Source: a virus
Lineage: Duplodnaviria; Caudoviricetes
Direction: 5' to 3' (one strand)
Length of the DNA: 64,000 nt
IMG/VR virus record: IMGVR_UViG_3300037400_001617
Numbering within the stretch: position 1 is the stretch's first letter; each line of letters starts with the position of its first letter. The position numbers were made by a program, and so were the translations under genes. Below, piece by piece: positions 29,117 to 39,136 of this stretch. The notes beneath the pieces are model-generated. The model saw nothing but the letters and a program-made list of their open reading frames with translations, searched no databases and was not told the origin of the DNA.

Positions 29117-30430
29117 TTACTTGATCTTGGTGTTCTTAATATAGGTCTGCTGGACATCCTTCTCAGTGTCGAAGATTCTGTTCTTAATAAGATACTTGAG
29201 ATCTCCTCCGCCAGCATAATACATGAACGACCTCATGTAGTTCTCTACTACTCTAGGGTCATCGATGTCTTTACCTTCTTCGAAGATATCATCGATCGTC
29301 TTTTCCGTTCGCTTGATATCATTGTCAAGCTGTTTCTTAAGCTTGGGAGAGATACCAGGTCTGTTCATCTCTGTCTTAAGACCATCAATGACACTTTTGA
29401 ATCTTGCTTGTGTAGCTGGGTGCTCGTCAGTGATATCAAGCAGAAACTTAAGAGGCAGAAGAATGAGTTCTTGTGAGTGCGAGTATATAGGAACTTCCAT
29501 AAAACGAGCCCTAATACCAGCACCCTTTCTCTGATCTCCAAACTTATCGAGAGCAGATATGAGGTCCTTACCAAAGCCGTAGTAGCTAGCGAATCTATCA
29601 GCCATGATCTCACCATAATAAGCATGACGTCTTGAGAATGGTGCCCATATCAATGTACTGATAGCACTCATAAGATTACGTCCCATAGCATATATAACAG
29701 CTATAGGAGGGATAAACAGCATAGTCAGATCAGAAGCAATATCGATAGAGTTCTTGATCGTACCGAATATAGTATTTGCTGTAGAGATGATACTGTTCCT
29801 CTGTCCTATATTCATTTCGTTATACAACTTCGATATTGACCCTAAAGTCTTATCGTTTAAGAATGGGAGCAGGAGAGATTTCATGTTACCCATAGCAAGC
29901 TGAAGGACACTTAAGAGAAGATCATTCATATTGGCACACTGTCCTATGGTGTGCATTCTATCAGATATGACATCTTGGAAGTTATGGCCTATCTCATGAA
30001 GCATGATAGCAAAGACTTCTCTGTTTGTATAATCGGAGTTGAAGAACAGACCGCCAAAGATACAAGTAATCATGGATACTTTACATTCTTTCTTGAATCT
30101 GTAGCCGTCTTTTCCGAACTCTACTCTTTCAGTTCCCTTTAGCTTACTGTTGAAGTTGAAGAATGCTGGGAAGGTGAAAGCGTTTATAGTGTCACTATTT
30201 ATTATGACTATAGAGTATGAATAGAGACCGAACTCCCTTTCTATCTCTGCTACGAACTTACCTAACAGAGGGTCTCGTTCGGCAGCACCATTCATCATAT
30301 AGACCTTTCTATCCATAAGATACTTACTTCTCCACGCAGAGAAGGCATTGAAACATCTCATGATACCAGGGGTTTCGCCAAAGTACACCTCATTCAGTAC
30401 TTGGTCTTTCTGTATTGAATATATACCCAT
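29117..30430 (-). CDS. zincin metallopeptidase (M48-like)
   Basis: LHEIGH, EIMADRFA, L.SAL.K, HP...R; central hydrophobic segments. Confidence 0.75.
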   Translation of the reverse strand: MGIYSIQKDQVLNEVYFGETPGIMRCFNAFSAWRSKYLMDRKVYMMNGAAERDPLLGKFVAEIEREFGLYSYSIVIINSDTINAFTFPAFFNFNSKLKGTERVEFGKDGYRFKKECKVSMITCIFGGLFFNSDYTNREVFAIMLHEIGHNFQDVISDRMHTIGQCANMNDLLLSVLQLAMGNMKSLLLPFLNDKTLGSISKLYNEMNIGQRNSIISTANTIFGTIKNSIDIASDLTMLFIPPIAVIYAMGRNLMSAISTLIWAPFSRRHAYYGEIMADRFASYYGFGKDLISALDKFGDQRKGAGIRARFMEVPIYSHSQELILLPLKFLLDITDEHPATQARFKSVIDGLKTEMNRPGISPKLKKQLDNDIKRTEKTIDDIFEEGKDIDDPRVVENYMRSFMYYAGGGDLKYLIKNRIFDTEKDVQQTYIKNTKIK

Positions 30431-30441
30431 CAGTGTTCACC

Positions 30442-31626
30442 TCACTTGTTTGCAGAGTTTATAATCAGAGCGAAGTATGTAAGGATTGCTCTGTTGTACG
30501 AGAGTTGCGTAGCTTTACGACTCTTACGTCTAGAGTATGCAGTAGAGTTACCCATAAGCAACTCCTCTACAACTTCACCTTGACGAAGAATGTCTTTGTT
30601 CTTAGTATTCGGTTTAGCCTTGATGGAGAATGTAATGAAGTCGATATCTCTTACATCCTTAGTACTACTACTCTGGAAGTATGTAGATACCATGAGATAA
30701 AGAAGTTCTCTCATCAGATCGAGGTTGTCAGTATTCTTTACGATACTCTCAATGATAGAACGTATCTCATCAGTCTTAACGTTCTCGTCACTACACATCT
30801 TACATAGACGATAGTCTACATCATGGGAAGTAATGTAGGTAAGTGTTCTGTTGACAGCAGTATCTATCTTAGTAGAGTCATTCTGAGTGAGACGGAAGTT
30901 ATCCTGACTCATATCATCGGATTCGTAAGTAAGATACTCTTTATCATTATAGCACTTATAGTAGACTTCAGCAGTGTTCTTGATGAAGGACTTGATACGA
31001 ACGTGGAGCTGTTGTATGATGTAGACATAATCTTCGTCATCAGTCACTCCAGTGAATCTATCCTTATAGGTATCAATCCATGTCTGAGTGGTGTTCTTCA
31101 TAACACCGATAACGTTTCCTTCCGTTTTCAGAAGGAACTTGTCAGAGAGTTCATTGTTTACCACATAGTCACACACGAATCTATAGTCTGCAGGGACAGC
31201 CTTAGGATATTGAGCATAGTGTATAGAGGGATAGAACTTACCTGTGAAGCAAGTGTAGATCATAGCAAGCTCAAGGTTCTTCTGGTCCTTCTTAGAGTAG
31301 AAGTACTTGATCATACACATACACAATACAGTGACTGGGTCCTTAGCTGCTCTTGGATTGAAGTTGGTAATCTTACCGTAATAGGTTTCATTGATGAATC
31401 CTTGTATCTCGTTAGCCTTAACGCCAAGAGCAGAACAGAGCATGTCGGTATCCTGTTGTCCATAAAGCATACGTGTAGCTGGGAAAGTATCATATAATCC
31501 CTTAGAACGTGTCTGCATAAAGTGAGACATAAGAGACTTAAACTTAGTAAGCGACTTAGAAAGAGAGTTCTTAACCAAGGGATAGATCTTAGTGTCTATA
31601 ACCTTAGTGATTTGATTGTTAGCCAT
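30442..31626 (-). CDS. hypothetical protein, predicted late/virion
   Basis: 394 aa, AAGGAGG SD, AACA-N6-TA at 31648-31661 (minus strand). Confidence 0.8.
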   Translation of the reverse strand: MANNQITKVIDTKIYPLVKNSLSKSLTKFKSLMSHFMQTRSKGLYDTFPATRMLYGQQDTDMLCSALGVKANEIQGFINETYYGKITNFNPRAAKDPVTVLCMCMIKYFYSKKDQKNLELAMIYTCFTGKFYPSIHYAQYPKAVPADYRFVCDYVVNNELSDKFLLKTEGNVIGVMKNTTQTWIDTYKDRFTGVTDDEDYVYIIQQLHVRIKSFIKNTAEVYYKCYNDKEYLTYESDDMSQDNFRLTQNDSTKIDTAVNRTLTYITSHDVDYRLCKMCSDENVKTDEIRSIIESIVKNTDNLDLMRELLYLMVSTYFQSSSTKDVRDIDFITFSIKAKPNTKNKDILRQGEVVEELLMGNSTAYSRRKSRKATQLSYNRAILTYFALIINSANK

Positions 31627-31785
31627 TGTTGCACCTCCTTATGTATGATTATAGTGATGTTTTCGACAAAAAAGAAACCCCGTAGGGGTTCCTCTTTCCT
31701 TTGATAAGCTAGTGTGGTCTAGCCGTTTGTGCAACCGATATTATAATCCTCCGTCGGTTAAGCGGTCTTTGATGTGCACTTTACT

Positions 31786-32682
31786 TTACTTTATATTCCT
31801 TCTGGACGGGCGACGACAATGGCTCTCCTTTGGGATGAAGGTTAACTCGTCCTCTTCGAGTACTTCATTCGAATGGAGATTACTAATCTCTATTCCATAC
31901 TTCTTCAGCCACTTCTTTGAAGTATTATAGCCGAAGTCGTACTCTGACGAATCGTCTCCTACAGATACAGCTAAGAGAATTTCCAGTATATCTCCTATAT
32001 ACATCTGGAAATCTCCTACTTTCTGATACATACTTATATGCAGAGCAGCTGCTCTGTGCATGAATACGTATCGATCTCCTCTTCTTTTGTAGAGATCTAA
32101 CGACACATCTCTACATCCACTGTATCCTGTACGAACAGTAGTTTTGTATGGGTGTACTCGATCACATCTATTGTATCTATGCAGACTAGCTGTTTTGCTA
32201 GCTACATATTCTACAATTGTTCCCACTTGTGCAATTGTAGGGTCCGCACCTTTTAATTTTGTAAATTTAAGGTCATGATCGACCAGTTCTACAAGACATC
32301 TGCCTTTGGATGGGTTTCCATCCCAGTCCCATGAAGTATAATTGAAGCAGTATTTTGATTTTGTTTTTGCTGTTGTAGTTGTAGTGGTTTCCCTGTATGG
32401 TTTTGTCGGCCATCTCTGGCCTGAGACTCTGTCGAGGATATCCTCTCTGAGCTCCTCTGATGCTCGAAAACCATCATCATTCAGTTCTGATATGGTTTCC
32501 ATCCATGTGTCATCGTCTACCGCATATGAAATTCTTTCATACATATGAAAGTATAAATCGTAATACAAGTCGTGCCAAGTTAAGTTAAGATAGCTGTATG
32601 TATGTTCTAATGCGGCTATGAGAGCTATTACGATATTCTTTGTGCTGTATCCGTTTCTGTAGAGATTGAGATTAATGTTCAT
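31786..32682 (-). CDS. hypothetical protein with no obvious SD, behind a structured leader
   Basis: 298-aa ORF. Confidence 0.65.
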   Translation of the reverse strand: MNINLNLYRNGYSTKNIVIALIAALEHTYSYLNLTWHDLYYDLYFHMYERISYAVDDDTWMETISELNDDGFRASEELREDILDRVSGQRWPTKPYRETTTTTTAKTKSKYCFNYTSWDWDGNPSKGRCLVELVDHDLKFTKLKGADPTIAQVGTIVEYVASKTASLHRYNRCDRVHPYKTTVRTGYSGCRDVSLDLYKRRGDRYVFMHRAAALHISMYQKVGDFQMYIGDILEILLAVSVGDDSSEYDFGYNTSKKWLKKYGIEISNLHSNEVLEEDELTFIPKESHCRRPSRRNIK

Positions 32683-32960
32683 AGTATTTGCTCAGTAGGT
32701 GCTACACGGTTGACCGACCGTCGTGCTGAGCGAATGTAGTCTCCATCTGAGACATCCTATCATAAAGGATACACCTTTTGTTACTGGATGTAGAGGTCTG
32801 TCTTTCTCCTTAGCAGACCTTAAGATTTTTACACCCAGTGTAAGTTGGTTTAAATCTATTGGGCTTATGCCCTTAACCACTTACACTATTAGAATATATA
32901 GTCGAATCGTCTTACTTTAACAATCCTATAATACACACTCTATAAGGAGGAACATAGACT

Positions 32961-33680
32961 ATGAACGCTAACCGTAAGAAAGCTGAACTTTTGATCTATA
33001 AGGCCTTTGATGCTATAGATCCTACTCATGCTAACTCAGACTTCTATAAACAACTGTTCGCTGGAATGACAGATGAGCAGTTCCTTAACTTCTGTAAGAG
33101 AAGGCTTCCCCTTAGATTACAAACTTCAGCATTTGAAAGGGAACTTACCCCAGAGAAGTGTCTTAAGGGACTCAAAGCTATAAACGTACCATTGATGGAG
33201 AAAGTGGTTAATCCGCAACTCTATGTAAACAAAGATGGTGTTCCTGTAGGAGGAGAATATGAGGCCTTCGTAGTATATCTGAACATCCCTAAGCTCAAAC
33301 AGTTCGCTACTAAGAAGAGTGGTTATAACACCAACATCGATACTCGTAACCCTAAGACTGGACAGATCGTAGGTAACAGTAAGGGTATCGAGAGTGATAG
33401 AGAGCTTGAGAGTTTGGTACTTCAAGGACTCGATGATACTATCAAAGAAGTTACCAGAGCTAAGGCAGATGATATGGAAGCTAAGAACAAGATGTATACA
33501 ATGATCAATACTACTGGTCAAGTATCATTGAAGGACTTAGAGAGTCCTAAGACTGCCCAGGTAGCTAGAACTACAACAGATGTCTTCTTGATAGGAAGCT
33601 TTGTAATGACAAACCTGTTGGAAGAGGACTACATGACTCCATACACTCTGTCAATGAAAAAGAAAAGAATCGAGAAGTAA
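32961..33680 (+). CDS. RNA polymerase beta subunit, C-terminal fragment (probably virion RNAP)
   Basis: LKQFATKK...RNPKTGQ...SKG..SDRELESL...KE...KADD corresponds to beta region I; complements 57818-63118. Confidence 0.75.
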   Translation: MNANRKKAELLIYKAFDAIDPTHANSDFYKQLFAGMTDEQFLNFCKRRLPLRLQTSAFERELTPEKCLKGLKAINVPLMEKVVNPQLYVNKDGVPVGGEYEAFVVYLNIPKLKQFATKKSGYNTNIDTRNPKTGQIVGNSKGIESDRELESLVLQGLDDTIKEVTRAKADDMEAKNKMYTMINTTGQVSLKDLESPKTAQVARTTTDVFLIGSFVMTNLLEEDYMTPYTLSMKKKRIEK

Positions 33681-33687
33681 AGGAATG

Positions 33688-33710
33688 CCCCACCCCGTGA
33701 AGGGGTGGGG
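33688..33710. terminator. hairpin between convergent genes
   Basis: CCCCACCCC-gtgaa-GGGGTGGGG. Confidence 0.7.
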
Positions 33711-33716
33711 ATTTGA

Positions 33717-34118
33717 TCAGTAGATGCTAATGTGCTTCTTGCTTGTGTCGCTATAGGTAATAACTATATCTCCTCGCCTTACTCTCTCGAATACATCTGA
33801 GAGGTCCGAAGGAATAATATCAAGTCTTGTTATTAGCCACGCAAGATGCATGGCTTCTTCTTTTCCGTTTTTCACTGCGCTTATGAAAAACGGAAAACTT
33901 CTTTCAAGCTTTTCGTTTTTCGCTAGCACGAATTTCTCGGTCATCCACTTTTCAATGACCTCATTATCCGTACCAAAAACGGCATCCATCAACTTAACGG
34001 TCATTTCCCTGTTGTTGTCGTTTAAATAGTTGCATGCCATTGCGACCATTAATTGGTCTGAGGAGCAGCAAAGATACTCATCAAAATCTTTCCAGCATGC
34101 TCTGATAGTTGTTGTCAT
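33717..34118 (-). CDS. hypothetical protein
   Basis: start moved to ATG 34118 after GGAGGAGG. Confidence 0.7.
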   Translation of the reverse strand: MTTTIRACWKDFDEYLCCSSDQLMVAMACNYLNDNNREMTVKLMDAVFGTDNEVIEKWMTEKFVLAKNEKLERSFPFFISAVKNGKEEAMHLAWLITRLDIIPSDLSDVFERVRRGDIVITYSDTSKKHISIY

Positions 34119-34120
34119 AT

Positions 34121-34453
34121 TTATTCCTCCTCCCAAACAGAATATTCGTTATCGAAGTCTTTAGACTCCTTGATTGTTGTCAGTATCTTCTTGCATATGG
34201 TTCTGACCTCTGCCATCTTTTTGGCAGTGTAATAGTCGAACTGTGTGAGTTTCGATACTTCTCCCAGGAGTCCGCAGACTCCAAATTTGTTCATCCAAAA
34301 GAGGTCTTCAAAGTGCATCGATACCTCTCCTGGAACGTTTTCATATTCTCTTTTCAGACTTGTTGCGATATAATATGCATCGTCTTCAGAAATGAGCTTC
34401 TTAGTAAGAACAAATTTCATAAGAGCTTCTGTGTTTTCATAATTCCATGCCAT
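34121..34453 (-). CDS. hypothetical protein
   Basis: 110 aa, GAAAGGTAGG upstream. Confidence 0.7.
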   Translation of the reverse strand: MAWNYENTEALMKFVLTKKLISEDDAYYIATSLKREYENVPGEVSMHFEDLFWMNKFGVCGLLGEVSKLTQFDYYTAKKMAEVRTICKKILTTIKESKDFDNEYSVWEEE

Positions 34454-34660
34454 GATAAAACCTACCTTTCATCAGTTCCTACTCTAGCGAGCTCCTACCT
34501 TTCCTCTTAGGATCATAGTCTTTTGCCGAGTAGCAAGCCAAGAACGTCAGAACTTTTCTGAACTCTTATCTTGACTCACTATGATGATATACATTCGAAA
34601 CCACCTACTTTTACAAAACAAAAAAGAACGGACTTGTCAAGATCCGTTCTCATCTCATCA

Positions 34661-35056
34661 TTAGGTTGACTCTTTGTCGAGTATCTCAATAGCCTTATAG
34701 AGATCGTCATATACTTTCTTGATCATATCTGTAAGTTCTTTACAAGCATCGTAGTCGTTACTGTTGTACTCCAGATTGAAGTCTTCTGGGAGACTGAGCC
34801 TCTTGATGCCACTCATCCCCATGTCTACTAAAGGTGCCATTGCATCATAATAAGTGATTGATGCTTCTGCATCTAAGCTACCTATAGCGCCAAGATAGTG
34901 ACTTGCTATCGTATAATAGATCTTATCCTTGGCACACTGTGCCTTCCAGTGTCTATCGAGAGTAGTTCCATCATATTCGAAGTTATCGAACATGCTGTCT
35001 GCGGAATCATTCTTAATAGACATAAATACCGATACAAGTTTCTTTACCTTAATCAT
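34661..35056 (-). CDS. hypothetical protein
   Basis: 131 aa, AAGGAGG SD. Confidence 0.75.
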   Translation of the reverse strand: MIKVKKLVSVFMSIKNDSADSMFDNFEYDGTTLDRHWKAQCAKDKIYYTIASHYLGAIGSLDAEASITYYDAMAPLVDMGMSGIKRLSLPEDFNLEYNSNDYDACKELTDMIKKVYDDLYKAIEILDKEST

Positions 35057-35116
35057 GGTTTAGTCCTCCTTCTTAAAAAGAAACCGTGGCTAATTGCCAC
35101 GGTTTCATGTTTAGTT

Positions 35117-36703
35117 TTACTGCTGGTCTTCAGTTGTTTCGACTCTGATGTCGATATCACCGCTACAAGCTTCAATTATAGGCCTTATAGCAGAGGCTAC
35201 ATTAGCAGTCTTGATGATCAGTGTAGGTCTCTGCTGATAGATGTCGATCGCTGTATTCTGCTTTCTTGTAACTTCATCGTACCAAGCTTGGCTATGTCTA
35301 GCTATGGTATCGAGTCTGTCAGTTTCTCCTGTCGAAGTGAGCATATCGCCATCATGGAAGAGAGTGAATACTACATCTTTTACGTCGAATCCGATGTAGT
35401 CGGCTACCATCTTAGCTATTGCTTTGATAGTGGTGTTTATGTTTTCCTTCTTGATATTCTCAAGATTGAAGCCTGTAGGCTTACAAACTGCTAAGCCTTT
35501 CCTGATCACGTAATCCTCAAGATTCTTGTAGAGCTTTCCGTTGTAATCGGCATGCTCATCCTTTACAAGATTGTAAAGCTGCCAGAAAGCGGCACGCTCT
35601 TTTTCCTCGTACATCATCTCCCATATAGAAGTGATGAGCGATTCTGGGTAAGCGTCATTACCATGACGTTTCTTGTAATCATCCCTAAGGATGTCTCTGA
35701 TTCTGGCTACAACTCTGTTATAACCATAATCGGAATAGGATGTGGAATCTACAGTTACCTCGGTCTTACCATTGGTATTCTTGAACTTTTCAAGTGTGTC
35801 CTTATGGACTTTAAACTTGAAGGTAATATATTCGTCCTCTTCCTCCTGCTCGAGTACCTTGTCATTGATGTTGGGAAGGTTTATAACGCCTTTCTGGTAA
35901 AGGTACTTCTGAAGTGGAGCAGGATCAACTCCTTCTGATACTCCATTCAACGCTACCTCATACAGTCTGTCATAGACTTCTTTATCCATTAAAGTATATA
36001 TAGGTTCATCAAGTGCACCTACTGGATAGTCAAGTAATGGGCTATCTATATAAATAATACGTAGCACTCTTCTTAAGCCGTCCATGACTTTTCCGAATGA
36101 ATCTGCAGATTCAAATTTTCCCGCATCAACTCTTATAGTGGTTGTATCGATGGGATTGCCATTGGCGTCAGTGCAATTACAGAAGAGAGCATCATTCTTG
36201 AAGTTTTCTCCTCTAAAGAGCTCACAAATACCCTCGCCAATGTCTTTTATATCTACTCCCCACTCCTTCTTAGGCCATGTGAACTGAAGATTGAGTGTAT
36301 TTACCTCAGTTTCTTTAGCACTGTTGTCAATACCTTTAAGTGTACGATATACATCTAATGCGCTTTTCGCAGTCGCAGGTTCCGATGTAGCTGGTATATA
36401 CTGCTTATTTACAATAAGCTCGAACATTCTCACGAAGTCTGCCTTGAACGTGTTCAGCAGGCGGCAGAATGAGAAGAATTCCTTGATAGAAGGAAGTCTT
36501 TTTTCGTCAAGAAGCTCAAGATGCTTCTTTCTGTACTGCGACGAAGATGCCGCTATTATTTTCGACAGTCCATACTTATCTGTATGTGCTATCGCACATG
36601 CTGTTTCTACAAACAGTCTGGGAGTCATTTTCACAATTCTTCCGTCTCTGTCAACAGTTGTGAAATCGATTATACCGTTATTCTGCTTCTTATCTCTATA
36701 CAT
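35117..36703 (-). CDS. hypothetical protein with an internal duplication
   Basis: start moved to ATG 36703 after GAAAGGA, which removes the overlap with the upstream gene. Confidence 0.75.
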   Translation of the reverse strand: MYRDKKQNNGIIDFTTVDRDGRIVKMTPRLFVETACAIAHTDKYGLSKIIAASSSQYRKKHLELLDEKRLPSIKEFFSFCRLLNTFKADFVRMFELIVNKQYIPATSEPATAKSALDVYRTLKGIDNSAKETEVNTLNLQFTWPKKEWGVDIKDIGEGICELFRGENFKNDALFCNCTDANGNPIDTTTIRVDAGKFESADSFGKVMDGLRRVLRIIYIDSPLLDYPVGALDEPIYTLMDKEVYDRLYEVALNGVSEGVDPAPLQKYLYQKGVINLPNINDKVLEQEEEDEYITFKFKVHKDTLEKFKNTNGKTEVTVDSTSYSDYGYNRVVARIRDILRDDYKKRHGNDAYPESLITSIWEMMYEEKERAAFWQLYNLVKDEHADYNGKLYKNLEDYVIRKGLAVCKPTGFNLENIKKENINTTIKAIAKMVADYIGFDVKDVVFTLFHDGDMLTSTGETDRLDTIARHSQAWYDEVTRKQNTAIDIYQQRPTLIIKTANVASAIRPIIEACSGDIDIRVETTEDQQ

Positions 36704-36719
36704 AATTAACTTCCTTTCG

Positions 36720-37475
36720 TTATTCGGACTCTGTATCAGAGTCATTGTCATTCTTTTTACATTCGATTGTGCCGTCGTCATTGACGATCAGCTCACATTT
36801 GTCATATTCGACGCCTGTGTTTATACAGTTCGCTTTATAAGCATCTGTGATATTCAGAAGCATCGACATGATGGCAAAGTCTATCACATCTGGTGATTTT
36901 AACATTGCCACTGTATTATTTCGGAGCGACTCGTAAGCCTTTGCTCCAGACTCGTCGTACATGAAACAGCTCCATGTACCATCGATGGCGCTGTCAGTAT
37001 GACTTATACAAAGGGGTGTAATACACTTCCATATAGGAAGATCCCTCTTTGCATTCTTTGGTGCTTTCGCTGTATAAAACTCTATTCGCACCATGTCGGT
37101 GACAAGGATATCTCCAAACAGGTCTCCATCCTTGAACTTCTTTATTCTTTCTGCTCTGTTCGGTAAGGGAATGAAAGATATTCTGGTTCTATACTTTCCC
37201 TTATAGAGCAGATTGCCACTACTTATTGTAGATAGCGGCTCATACTGGATCGGGTTCCAGATAAGATTCTTAATCGCTTCTGTTCTCGTCCAGTTTATCG
37301 AAGTTAGCATTGACTGAGTATCACTTGGAATCATGCTTGGTTCCAAAGAATCAGTCAATCTATTCTTCTGCTTTTGGATCTCTTCGGTAAGTTCCCAAAC
37401 TTCCTTAGAGAATGATTGTTTGATGAGATTGTCTTCATCGTAGAAGATCATATCATCAAGTAGATTCATGAGCAT
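36720..37475 (-). CDS. hypothetical protein
   Basis: 251 aa, AAAGGAGG SD, TACATACTAT motif upstream. Confidence 0.75.
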   Translation of the reverse strand: MLMNLLDDMIFYDEDNLIKQSFSKEVWELTEEIQKQKNRLTDSLEPSMIPSDTQSMLTSINWTRTEAIKNLIWNPIQYEPLSTISSGNLLYKGKYRTRISFIPLPNRAERIKKFKDGDLFGDILVTDMVRIEFYTAKAPKNAKRDLPIWKCITPLCISHTDSAIDGTWSCFMYDESGAKAYESLRNNTVAMLKSPDVIDFAIMSMLLNITDAYKANCINTGVEYDKCELIVNDDGTIECKKNDNDSDTESE

Positions 37476-37637
37476 ATGTATACTCCTCCTTTCATATAAG
37501 ATTTATACACAACAGTCAAAGGAGTGGTGCAAGTGGCCGTTGTATATACATCTTAATAGTATGTAACCCATGTATATTTTATCAGTTCATTCTGCAAACC
37601 ATACAGTAATCACTATTGTACCGAAGGAGGTGCTATT

Positions 37638-37775
37638 ATGGAAGATAAGAACTACGGAGTGCTTAACGAACAAGGCTATGTAGGAGCTAAACTCGGTTTC
37701 ACTCCTCTCAACGAACAGGACTCTAAGGCTACTGAAGCTGAGAAGAAGGAGTCCGAAAACAAGGACAAGGAATAA
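37638..37775 (+). CDS. 45-aa small protein (not in the ORF track)
   Basis: AAGGAGG SD; MEDKNYGVLNEQGYVGAKLGFTPLNEQDSKATEAEKKESENKDKE; AACC-N6-TA upstream. Confidence 0.75.
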   Translation: MEDKNYGVLNEQGYVGAKLGFTPLNEQDSKATEAEKKESENKDKE

Positions 37776-37795
37776 TATCCCAAAGGAGGATCACC

Positions 37796-39136
37796 ATGCT
37801 TAGATCATTCACATTCGGTTGTGGTCAGGGTGCTACAAAGGCAATGATTACGGCCATTGACAATGGTGTACTTGATAAGGGTAGATGTGTAGTAGTTAAC
37901 TCTACGATCAAAGATGTCCCTTCAGAGTACAGACCTACTGCTATCATCATCTCAGACGATCCTGACGCAGGTTGTGGTAAAGTAAGAGACGCAGCGCGTG
38001 CGTTGATGAATGACTTTATCAAGGTTAACCCAAACTATCTCGAGGAACTTATCCCCGAAGATACAGACTATGTAAATATTATCACCACTTCAGAAGGTGC
38101 TTCTGGTAGTGGTTCTTCTGTAGTACTTGCTCAGTACATCAGTAACTCTATTCAGCTTCCTGTTATCATTACACTGATCACAGGCTTCGAGTCTGATGTA
38201 AGAGGTCTTCAGAACACTATCAACTACTTCAGAGACCTTAAGGGTGCTAACTGCGGAATCATCACTGTATCAAACAGACGTTTCCTCAATGAAGCTAACG
38301 GCAATATCTTCGTTGCAGAGAAGCTTGCTAATGAGGATATCTCTAAAACACTCTCTATCGTCGGAGCTCAGGGTCTTATAGACTGCGAGCAGAACATCGA
38401 TGATACAGATCACTACAAGATTATCACCAATCCTGGTGTAGTCTTCGCTGGTGAAGTTGAAGTGTCAGACCGTATCAAGAATGCCGAACAGTTCAACAAG
38501 CTTGTTGGCGATATGATCGACAATACTACTTCACTTGACTTCGAGCCTTCTGCTACTAAGGTAGGTATCTACATGAACATACCTGAGGAGACTATAGAAG
38601 TACTCGATACTTCATTCTCTATCATCAAGAAGAAGCTCTGCTGGAATGGCTTCCAGGAGTTCTTCATCCACAGACAGTATAATCCTAAGCAGAAGAGTTT
38701 CATCAGAGTCATTGCTTCGGGTATCAACATGCCTAAGGCTGAACTGATGAGCATGTACGACAAGTTCGAGAAGTCTACCAACCAGATGAACGCTGCAGAG
38801 GATGACTTCTTCGATACTCTTGGTAAACTTGAGACTAATGCACAGCTGGAGAAGAAGGTTGAAAGAGATGATTCATTTCTTGACTCCTTCGCAACAGCTT
38901 CTAGCGATGAAGCTAGCGCAGTCTTATCGAGAAATAAGAGGAAGTCGGGTGTTAAGCTCGGCACATCAAAGCACTCGGCACCTGAGAAAGTTTCAGACAC
39001 AACTGATAAGGTTGCTGATGAAGAAGTGAAAAAGAATCCTCTTACTACCAACGGTAAGACTCAGATAAATCCCAAACACTCTATGGGTACTAACAAGCAT
39101 CTCACAGAGTTCTCGGAAGAGGGAATCAACAAGTAA
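37796..39136 (+). CDS. phuZ: PhuZ/TubZ-like tubulin-FtsZ family protein
   Basis: FGCGQGATKA, VVVNS, AGCGK, EGASGSG (variant of GGGTG[ST]G), NIDDTD (T7-loop-like), long charged tail. Confidence 0.85.
   Translation: MLRSFTFGCGQGATKAMITAIDNGVLDKGRCVVVNSTIKDVPSEYRPTAIIISDDPDAGCGKVRDAARALMNDFIKVNPNYLEELIPEDTDYVNIITTSEGASGSGSSVVLAQYISNSIQLPVIITLITGFESDVRGLQNTINYFRDLKGANCGIITVSNRRFLNEANGNIFVAEKLANEDISKTLSIVGAQGLIDCEQNIDDTDHYKIITNPGVVFAGEVEVSDRIKNAEQFNKLVGDMIDNTTSLDFEPSATKVGIYMNIPEETIEVLDTSFSIIKKKLCWNGFQEFFIHRQYNPKQKSFIRVIASGINMPKAELMSMYDKFEKSTNQMNAAEDDFFDTLGKLETNAQLEKKVERDDSFLDSFATASSDEASAVLSRNKRKSGVKLGTSKHSAPEKVSDTTDKVADEEVKKNPLTTNGKTQINPKHSMGTNKHLTEFSEEGINK

Noticed and set aside
30823-31497. Long antisense ORFs (for example 30823-31497, 39811-40419, 57947-58660, 26332-26901)
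   Set aside because: They are shadows of well-supported genes on the opposite strand, with no SD and unnatural composition.
30442-31626. Chimallin (phage nucleus shell) or major capsid protein
   Set aside because: No recognisable motifs, and the 394-aa length is well below that of known chimallins; left as hypothetical.
32735-32743. Group I intron R element (GAGACTACA on the minus strand)
   Set aside because: No matching S element or P7 partner (UAGUC) downstream, and no interrupted host gene.
34454-34580. Riboswitch or ribozyme in the leader of the 110-aa gene (GGCAAA, CTGATGA on the minus strand)
   Set aside because: One imperfect hairpin is present, but the c-di-GMP and hammerhead consensus elements are not in the required order.
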